NCBI GenBank assembly: GCA_938091905.1 | Contig: CALKOM010000002.1 | Coordinates: 1 to 12,622 of the forward strand | Direction: 5' to 3' | DNA: 12,622 nucleotides | Source: an uncultured Verrucomicrobiales bacterium | GTDB lineage: Bacteria > Verrucomicrobiota > Verrucomicrobiia > Verrucomicrobiales > DEV007 | Shown here: piece after piece, positions 6,634 to 12,622 of the stretch | How positions within the stretch are numbered: position 1 is the first letter of the stretch | Layout of the letters: every line of letters begins with the position of its first letter | The notes under the pieces: generated by a model | What the model was told of the DNA's origin: nothing | What the model saw: the letters and a program-made list of their open reading frames with translations, nothing else | Database searches by the model: none | Made by a program: the position numbers and the translations under genes

Positions 6634-8385
6634 CTATTGCGATTGCTCAATCGCGGCGCGTGCCGCTTTGAAGAAGTCGTCCTCGCTGATCTGCTCGGTA
6701 GTGCCATCGAGGCGTCCTACAGTACGCTGGTCATTGCCGTCAGGCTCAGGCGTGGCGAGGAGCACAGGATTTCCTGTCGCCGACACCGAAAGACCACTGA
6801 AATAGACGAGAGCGGTTTCTTCACCGTTTGGTTTCCGCCACTTCAAGGCCGACTCGTCTGTTAGATAGTCAGGCACCAAATCCGTGAGCGTGTCAGGGAA
6901 CGCGCCATTATTCTTCAAAGCATGCTGTTTCATGGCGGTAAGAATCGTGACCATATCCTCAGATGGGTCCTTAACCTCCCTACCGGTCTGAGGCCTGGAA
7001 TCGGCTTGGACAAGATCCTGAGTTTGGGCAGCCTCTGCGGCCAATTGCGCATTCATGAGGTTCGCCTGAGTCGTTCTCGCGCCCATCAAAGCGGCAGCCG
7101 GGAAGACCATGAGGGCCACAGCCGCAGACGATTTGAATGACTGACCACTATTCGCGACTGTGTGAATACCGTCTTCGGTGTGAGCGGAGACACTGGCAAC
7201 ACCGCCCAGGCTTTCGAGGACGAAGTCCACGATCTTGGTGGCTCCTTCTGGAGCGCCTTCTTGTGCCATGGCGTCTTTGACGACCGTGCCGAGGATATCC
7301 TTTAATCTTGGTGAGAAATAGGAGAAGGCATTGCCTTCCGTGGGGAGACCTTGCGATAGCGCGACATAACTAGCATCGCTCGTAATCTTCTCACCATTCC
7401 CTTCTTCACAAGCGGCCAAGAAGGCCGGAGTTGTAGAGAGGACAAGGCGATTGTTAGGCTGATCATGAATCAAGACGGGTTGGAACATCGAGAAGGGCGT
7501 ATTCGGAGGCACCTGCATGGTCAGGGTGGTGACGCCGTCGGCTTCTTCGCGCTGGAATGGGCCACCCTGAGGAATCATGGGGCCGAATTTCTCGAAGATC
7601 CATCCGAGGCCTCGAAGGTCTAACGTGAAGTCGAAAGCGGGGATGGTGACCATGTTGCCATCAATAGGAACCGTGAGCTTTTCTGTGTCGGAGAACTTTG
7701 CACTGAAGAGTGCGCGGCCATTCATCTTGTCGATGACCTCACTGGCGGTCATGCCGACGTTAGGAATCTCCATTTGCAGCATTTGCTCCAGCGGTGGCGC
7801 ACCCGCTTCTGGTGGCAGGTGCGGCCAAATTCCCAGGGCGACTTCCTTAAGTGCGTTCAGCCTAAACTCTTGTTCGATAACAATATCTGAACCAGCAGGT
7901 GCAGCGTTCAAGGCAAGCAGTGGGGAAGACTCTTTGCCAAAGAGGGTCATCAGTCCTTTTGCCCCTTCCGGAGTGTGAATGAACATTTGATTCCGATAGG
8001 AATCAGCGGAGGTGCCGACGGAGCTAGCACCCATGGCTGTGATATCCTTGAGTCCGAGCGGCGAGACGAGGCCATCGAGGTTGAGATCCGGGATATCGGC
8101 TCCCGTTTCGTCTCGGATCGTGTCCATGGCCTTCTGGCCAAATTCTAGCAGACGATTCAAGTCGCCATCGATGTCAATGTAGCCATAGAAGATGCCGCCT
8201 TGGTCGAGATGTTTAGCAACATCGACAAAGTGTGAAGATGGCTTGGCCTTGCCATCAATGGCAGCGACGACCCTCTTTACTTCTTTGGCTGCGGGCTCGG
8301 TTGGCTTGTCGCCGCAACTAGTGAGTGGAATGAGAAGACCCAGGGCAGAGACCTGGCATGAGAGGACAGTAGCTCTAAACTTCAT
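6634..8385 (-). CDS. Large lipoprotein with an internal hydrophobic helix and a C-terminal pilin/DUF1559-like domain
   Basis: Lipobox LTSC (Cys24). Hydrophobic SAAVALMVFPAAALMGAR followed by ILTAMKQHALKNNGAFPDTLTDLVPDYL and RTVGRLDG, which resemble PVC prepilin-like/H-X9-DG-type domains. Confidence 0.75.
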   Translation of the reverse strand: MKFRATVLSCQVSALGLLIPLTSCGDKPTEPAAKEVKRVVAAIDGKAKPSSHFVDVAKHLDQGGIFYGYIDIDGDLNRLLEFGQKAMDTIRDETGADIPDLNLDGLVSPLGLKDITAMGASSVGTSADSYRNQMFIHTPEGAKGLMTLFGKESSPLLALNAAPAGSDIVIEQEFRLNALKEVALGIWPHLPPEAGAPPLEQMLQMEIPNVGMTASEVIDKMNGRALFSAKFSDTEKLTVPIDGNMVTIPAFDFTLDLRGLGWIFEKFGPMIPQGGPFQREEADGVTTLTMQVPPNTPFSMFQPVLIHDQPNNRLVLSTTPAFLAACEEGNGEKITSDASYVALSQGLPTEGNAFSYFSPRLKDILGTVVKDAMAQEGAPEGATKIVDFVLESLGGVASVSAHTEDGIHTVANSGQSFKSSAAVALMVFPAAALMGARTTQANLMNAQLAAEAAQTQDLVQADSRPQTGREVKDPSEDMVTILTAMKQHALKNNGAFPDTLTDLVPDYLTDESALKWRKPNGEETALVYFSGLSVSATGNPVLLATPEPDGNDQRTVGRLDGTTEQISEDDFFKAARAAIEQSQ

Positions 8386-8397
8386 AATGCGTTTTGA

Positions 8398-8426
8398 AGT
8401 CTACGAGAGCCTCTGTGGAAAGCCAA
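8398..8426 (-). promoter_or_regulatory. Sigma70-like promoter for the lipoprotein gene
   Basis: TTGGCT(8426-8421)-17 nt-TAGACT(8403-8398), 12 nt upstream of ATG 8385. Confidence 0.45.
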
Positions 8427-8433
8427 GTAGCAA

Positions 8434-8455
8434 GTCGGACGCGTTCTAGTCCGAC
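8434..8455 (-). terminator. Hairpin downstream of smpB, possible terminator
   Basis: Perfect 7-bp inverted repeat GTCGGAC/GTCCGAC with an 8-nt loop, 8 nt after the smpB stop. The U-tail is weak (UUGCUACUU). Confidence 0.4.
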
Positions 8456-8463
8456 GCCTTCCT

Positions 8464-8955
8464 TTAGCCGCGGGCTTTGTTGAACTTCGCCATCTCTCGC
8501 TGGGCTTCGCGTAACTCAACGCGCTTCTTGATGTCTTGGCGCTGATCGCGTTCCGCCTTGCCCTTGGCCGTCGCGATCTCGATCTTCACCCGCCGATTTT
8601 TCCAATAGGCCCGGAGGGCGACAATCGTGTGGCCCTGTTGATCGACGGCTGCTTGTAGGACACGGATTTCTTTGGCATGTAGGAGCAGTTGGCGCGGCCG
8701 CTTTCCCGTGTGCTGCTCATGACTGGCGTATTCGTAAGGCTGAATGTCACATCCGTGGAGCACCGCATTGCCGTTCTCAATTCGGCAGAAGGCATCTCGC
8801 AAATTGATCTTGCCCGCGCGAATAGATTTTACCTCGGTCCCACGCAGTACGATGCCGCATTCAAACGTCTCTAGGACGTGAAAATCCCGAAGTGCCTTGG
8901 GATTCTTGGCGATCTGTCCACCTGCAGCATCCTTCTTCTTCTTTTTTGAGGCCAT
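8464..8955 (-). CDS. smpB: SsrA-binding protein
   Basis: Motifs IAKNPKA, ECGIVLRGTEVKSIR, RQLLLHAKEI and AKGK...DQRQDIK. Confidence 0.97.
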   Translation of the reverse strand: MASKKKKKDAAGGQIAKNPKALRDFHVLETFECGIVLRGTEVKSIRAGKINLRDAFCRIENGNAVLHGCDIQPYEYASHEQHTGKRPRQLLLHAKEIRVLQAAVDQQGHTIVALRAYWKNRRVKIEIATAKGKAERDQRQDIKKRVELREAQREMAKFNKARG

Positions 8956-9007
8956 TGCTGACAGACATTTCTCCTAAACTTGGGGGGCAGAAACGTCTCC
9001 GAAATGT

Positions 9008-9223
9008 CTACTCCGAACCCTCTTTTTCCTCCACATCTGAAGGGATCACCTTGCCCTCGATGATTTCTTGCAGGGCAATGTCTGCTTGCCCCATGCGTCC
9101 TTGCACTGCAATCAGCGGAGGGCGGCCTTGATTCAGTTGCCTGACTCGCTTGGACACGATGTTGATAAGAAGGGGGATGTCACTGATGACCTTAGATGCT
9201 TGTTCAACTAGCTGGCTTTTCAT
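9008..9223 (-). CDS. rpoZ: RNA polymerase omega subunit (71 aa)
   Basis: MKSQLVEQASKVISDIPLLINIVSKRVRQLNQGRPPLI...DIALQEIIEGKV is the omega signature (SKR-RQL, IAL-EI-EG). True start is ATG 9223; the ORF-track extension to 9487 is non-homologous and overlaps the next gene. Confidence 0.9.
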   Translation of the reverse strand: MKSQLVEQASKVISDIPLLINIVSKRVRQLNQGRPPLIAVQGRMGQADIALQEIIEGKVIPSDVEEKEGSE

Positions 9224-9372
9224 AGGCAAGGCCTGAGGCTGGATCGCTGTGCTGCCTCCCGCAGCGGGGGGGGGAAGTCGATGATCTTTGTGGAGGACAT
9301 GAACAGCGTTACTACCTAAAGCGTTGGGGTAGGGTGAATTATAATAAAAGAATCCGACGATTAGGGAGTCTG

Positions 9373-9400
9373 CGCTTATCACCAGACGCGTGGTTGTCAA
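9373..9400 (-). promoter_or_regulatory. Possible promoter for rpoZ-smpB
   Basis: Perfect TTGACA (9400-9395), 16-nt spacer, weak -10 TAAGCG (9378-9373). Implies a leader of about 140 nt. Confidence 0.35.
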
Positions 9401-9419
9401 CATGAAATTCAGTGGGAAA

Positions 9420-10625
9420 TCACTTAGCGCTGATGTCGAATGATCTCGCGTAGGCGCTAGGGCGTTTAGAAATGAACACATTTCCATCGATTAAATGAGC
9501 GAGTGATTGTTCCTCAAGACGCATTTCCAGTCCCTGAAGCGGAGCCTTCAGCGATGCTGCAGCCCCCCTGAAGATATCTGGACGATAAGTACTTAAGACC
9601 ATGGCTTCGAGTTCGGCATCGGTGAGCGAACCGGGAAGATGGCCCCAGCGCATCATCTGGGTTGCAATCCACAGGGCATGGTTCTGATCGGGAGCCGCAC
9701 TTGCGTTCGTTCCGAACGTCACCATGTGGGAAATGTCTTTCCCAAAGTGGGGCAGTGTGTTCTCCAGGTCGGCTCTGGCTTGCGTCCGATTCTCGCTACT
9801 AGCATCGAGCCACTGACCCGCCTCGATTAAAGCGGCGACGACAGTGATCAAGGTTTCACGATTGGCTTCTGCCCATGACTCTGAACATGCAAGGACTGAC
9901 GTTGGGACGTCGCGAAGAATGGCGCTCGTCGTGATCACCGGCTTCCCATGCTTCGTGCCGGTGAATCCTTGGGCCGATCCTCTTAAACCGGGGGCCGTGG
10001 AAACAGCGACACTGGCCCGGTCTAAATGCGGATGAGGGGATTCAATGATCACCCCGCTCATGATGGGTGTCACCCCGGCAGCTCCCAACCAATAGCACAG
10101 TGTGTAAGCAATCGTGTCGTGTAAGGAGGCGACTGAGAATGTGAGAGGAGGATTCCCATTTCCAACTGCCTGGGCGACTCGAAGGAGGGCATCGGCAGAA
10201 ATTGGACGAACCGGATCGCCGTCGGCATCGAGGAGCATGTGAGATTGCATCTGATTCCAAAGCTCTTCAGTGACGGAAATCTGCCCGCCATTTCTCGTCA
10301 AAATGTGAGGAACAATCACGGCACTCTCTGAAAGAAGTGCTTCAGCAGGCGAGAGCATGCCGATGTCGAGCTGACCATTAGTTAGCTGCTCCCGGATTTC
10401 TTCGGTAGTTGAGTGTGTGGTTAGGGAAAGTTCGACGTTGGCCTTCCCAAAGAGCCCTTGTTTCTCCGCGATGAGGATGGGTGCTGCACCTAGATTTGCA
10501 GTGACTCCGACCCGTATCACCTTGACGTCAGGTATAACGATGGGGACTTTTTCAGCCTCTTCTTTCTTACAGGAGGCTAGTGCCATCATGACCAGTGCGA
10601 TGAGGAGGGACAACAGGCGGAGCAT
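9420..10625 (-). CDS. CmpA/NrtA-family ABC substrate-binding lipoprotein (divergent, orphan)
   Basis: Lipobox LASC (Cys19). Motifs APILIAEKQGLF, NGQLD, RNGGQISV..LW, DGDPVRPISADAL, YWLGAAGVTP, ALIEAGQWLD, ALWIATQMMRWG and YRPDIFR are all NrtA/CmpA-type. Confidence 0.85.
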   Translation of the reverse strand: MLRLLSLLIALVMMALASCKKEEAEKVPIVIPDVKVIRVGVTANLGAAPILIAEKQGLFGKANVELSLTTHSTTEEIREQLTNGQLDIGMLSPAEALLSESAVIVPHILTRNGGQISVTEELWNQMQSHMLLDADGDPVRPISADALLRVAQAVGNGNPPLTFSVASLHDTIAYTLCYWLGAAGVTPIMSGVIIESPHPHLDRASVAVSTAPGLRGSAQGFTGTKHGKPVITTSAILRDVPTSVLACSESWAEANRETLITVVAALIEAGQWLDASSENRTQARADLENTLPHFGKDISHMVTFGTNASAAPDQNHALWIATQMMRWGHLPGSLTDAELEAMVLSTYRPDIFRGAAASLKAPLQGLEMRLEEQSLAHLIDGNVFISKRPSAYARSFDISAK

Positions 10626-10631
10626 GACCGG

Positions 10632-10683
10632 AGAGTAGAAGGCTGTTACAGTCTTTGCAACCCGCTAGAGACGTCGCTAGGAT
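10632..10683. promoter_or_regulatory. Bidirectional sigma70-type promoter sharing palindromic -35 TTGCAA
   Basis: Plus strand: TTGCAA(10655-10660)-17 nt-TAGGAT(10678-10683)-5 nt-ATG(10689). Minus strand: TTGCAA-17 nt-TACTCT(10637-10632)-6 nt-ATG(10625). Confidence 0.65.
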
Positions 10684-10688
10684 GACGA

Positions 10689-11465
10689 ATGGCTGCCAAG
10701 TTCCAGGATGTCGATCTCTACGACTACCCAGACTACTACGATGTGATCTTCGATGACGGGACGTCCGAGGAAGCCGACTTCTTGGAATCGATCTTCACCG
10801 AGTATGGAAGGCCCAAGACGGAACGGCTTCTCGAACCTGCTTGTGGGACGGGACGGCTCCTGATCGAACTCGCAAAGCGCGGCTATGAGGCTCACGGATT
10901 TGATGCCAGCGAGGCCATGCTGAAACACGGAGAACGACGCGCTCGTGGCGTCGTGACGCTTTCATACCAACGAATGGAGAGCTTTCAAATGAAGGGGAAG
11001 TTCGACGCTGCTTACTCTCTGATCAGCTCCTTTAAATACCTCCTCTCCGAATCCCTGGCACTTGCCCACCTGCAGCGGATCGCTGCTTGCTTGAAGCCTG
11101 GTGGGCTCTTCATTTTAGGATTGCATCTTTCTGACTATGATAGGAAATGGCCCGTGCATGAGCGCTGGGTGGTCGAGCGCGGTGGCCAGCACGTGATCTG
11201 TAACACTCGCACCTGGCCTGCGGATCGCAAACGGCGCCGTGAACGCGTGCGCAACCGTTTGCGGATCGAGTCGAAAGGCCTCTCAGCGAAGTATCACGAA
11301 AGCTCCTGGGAGTTTCGAACTTATGATGCCAGGCAACTGCGTCGACTCCTGAGCAAAGTTCCCGAGCTGGCAATGGTGGGGGCTTACGACTTTGGTTATG
11401 ATCTCAGTGAGATTCGTGAGCTGGATGATTCTCAAGAGGATATCGTTCTAGTTCTACGCCGATGA
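10689..11465 (+). CDS. Class I SAM-dependent methyltransferase
   Basis: Motif I LLEPACGTGR, GFDASEAML, FDAAY and LKPGGLFIL. Confidence 0.92.
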   Translation: MAAKFQDVDLYDYPDYYDVIFDDGTSEEADFLESIFTEYGRPKTERLLEPACGTGRLLIELAKRGYEAHGFDASEAMLKHGERRARGVVTLSYQRMESFQMKGKFDAAYSLISSFKYLLSESLALAHLQRIAACLKPGGLFILGLHLSDYDRKWPVHERWVVERGGQHVICNTRTWPADRKRRRERVRNRLRIESKGLSAKYHESSWEFRTYDARQLRRLLSKVPELAMVGAYDFGYDLSEIRELDDSQEDIVLVLRR

Positions 11466-11645
11466 CGACAATGAGTCTCTGATAGTAATCGATGTCTTCA
11501 AAGTCGTGTTTCGTTGGGCCGAAAAGCGGTGAAGCGCTCGAATTGCGTTTAGACGAATGCCGGAGCATGAACTCCTGGAAAAACTGGCTCGACCTCGGTA
11601 GTGGCTGAGTTCTAGACCATTTTTGTGCCGACTAAATTAGAAAAC

Positions 11646-11992
11646 TTGTCCAAACCATTTCGTGTCGGTCTCACATCGGATCTGAGATTCGAAGGAGCCT
11701 CAGGAGTGGGAGATTTGGGAATCGATTTGTTGGACACCAATACGCTCATTGCCTCATTACAGCTCGGAGCAGCCAACCGAGGTGGCCATTGATTACGATG
11801 CCCTGTTGGTGATGGCGCCAAGTGTGACACCGGCTCTCGGTCGTGATGTGCTTTGGTGTGGGCTGCGACAATGTGAATGTCGAGGCATGCACTTGCAACG
11901 ATGTCATGCTCGCGATCACGCCGGATGGCGTCAGTGCGATTGCGTTGCTTATGGCATTGTCACACAAATTACTGATCAAAGACCGACTGACT
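11646..11992 (+). pseudogene. D-isomer-specific 2-hydroxyacid dehydrogenase (SerA-like) N-terminal remnant
   Basis: Three successive frames give LSKPFRVGLTSD...GDLGIDLLD (from 11646), DYDALLVMAPSVT (from 11791) and FGVGCDNVNVEACTCNDVMLAITPDGV-SAIALLMALSHKLLIKDRLT (from 11852). The last matches the family GVGxDNVD...TP motif. The NAD-binding domain is absent. Confidence 0.75.
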
Positions 11993-12001
11993 TCTAGCCA
12001 A

Positions 12002-12136
12002 CAAGGCGACACCAATATAGACGCCATGGTAGCCGATGAGTCGGGGCACTTCGAGATGGTCACGCCGACGACCTCGACTTGGGCTGTCGTGCGCAACGCG
12101 TTTGAAGGCACGCTTGCTGACTTAACCAATCTGTAA
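12002..12136 (+). pseudogene. C-terminal remnant of an alpha/beta hydrolase (esterase/lipase)
   Basis: GDTNIDAMVADESGHFEMVTPTTSTWAVVRNAF* resembles the GD-strand-GHF-xx-xP-S-W-helix C-terminus that carries the catalytic His. Confidence 0.5.
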
Positions 12137-12469
12137 GCTTCTCGTCGATTTTCGGGCGGAGACGCGCAGCGCCATTCAGAAGATCTGCAAGTGCTCGTTA
12201 GCGGGCAGCGAGGAAATTCCCCTGCCAGCACCTGCCATTCCAGAGAGCGTCGACACCTTTGCGACCCAAGTTTGCTTTCCTGAAGGATCGATTGCGTGCT
12301 TTTGGTAAACATTCAGTTCGACAGCGTTTGGTGTCACTCTCAACCACAGCGACACATTCGAAAGCGCCGTCGCTAGCTGGCTAGGGCTAATCCATTAATT
12401 CGCTTAGAGCACTAACTCAGTGACTGTCAGTTCACGATGGTGATATATAGCGCTTGCAGATCCACTTCT

Positions 12470-12622
12470 ATGACTGACAAACATCTTATTGATTCGGCTA
12501 CGTGGGCCAAGTTGCGCCCCTTACTTACGCTTTGAAGCAGTGTGGCTTTTCTAATCGAGGCCGCAAGGGAATGGACCATCGCACCTTTGTTTCAGCACTG
12601 GTCTTTCTTGGAAAGCGGGGAT
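12470..12622 (+). mobile_element. IS5-family transposase N-terminus (DUF4096-like), frameshifted, runs off window
   Basis: MTDKHLIDSATWAKLRPLLTL* (TGA 12533-12535), then in the -1 frame KQCGFSNRGRKGMDHRTFVSALVFLGKRG. Together these match the IS5 pattern 'L.D..W..I.PLL...GR...D.R..LNAI.W..RTG'. Confidence 0.7.

Noticed and set aside
9224..9487. 88-aa N-terminal extension of RpoZ in the ORF track
   Set aside because: Not omega-like, overlaps the upstream gene, and contains a likely promoter.
754..11373. Numerous 60-133 aa ORFs nested in or antisense to the main genes
   Set aside because: Alternative-frame shadows expected at this GC content; none has independent evidence.
11492..11608. Small ORF ending WLDLGSG-TGA (methyltransferase-like motif or second Sec read-through)
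   Set aside because: Only 38 codons, a TAA follows 8 codons after the TGA, and there is no redox motif or SECIS-like hairpin.
11612..12312. Minus-strand ORFs of 188 aa and 72 aa
   Set aside because: Antisense shadows of the plus-strand pseudogene fragments with no motifs.
1..12622. tRNA, rRNA, tmRNA (near smpB), tRNA-Sec or a CRISPR array
   Set aside because: No cloverleaf/T-loop signature, ssrA ends or regularly spaced direct repeats were seen by eye.

Overview
A core-genome-like bacterial window (about 55% GC; the gene styles suggest Verrucomicrobia/PVC, which is inference). Housekeeping genes: trpC, folD, smpB and rpoZ. Other genes: a NUDIX-like phosphoesterase, a lysophospholipase-type hydrolase, two lipoproteins, a SAM methyltransferase and an orphan bpX4-like gene. 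Main finding: the ORF track's 1138..1383 and 220..969 ORFs are one continuous reading frame interrupted only by an in-frame TGA (1138-1140) in a C-T-U context. A bacterial SECIS-like hairpin follows the TGA directly. This points to a 386-aa exported thioredoxin-fold selenoprotein whose active-site region resembles eukaryotic selenoprotein N. Two divergent gene pairs share a symmetric bidirectional promoter (one palindromic -35, leaderless geometry on both strands). The right end is a decay zone: a frameshifted 2-hydroxyacid dehydrogenase remnant joined to an alpha/beta-hydrolase tail, then a broken IS5-family transposase start. All family assignments come from motif recognition, not database searches.
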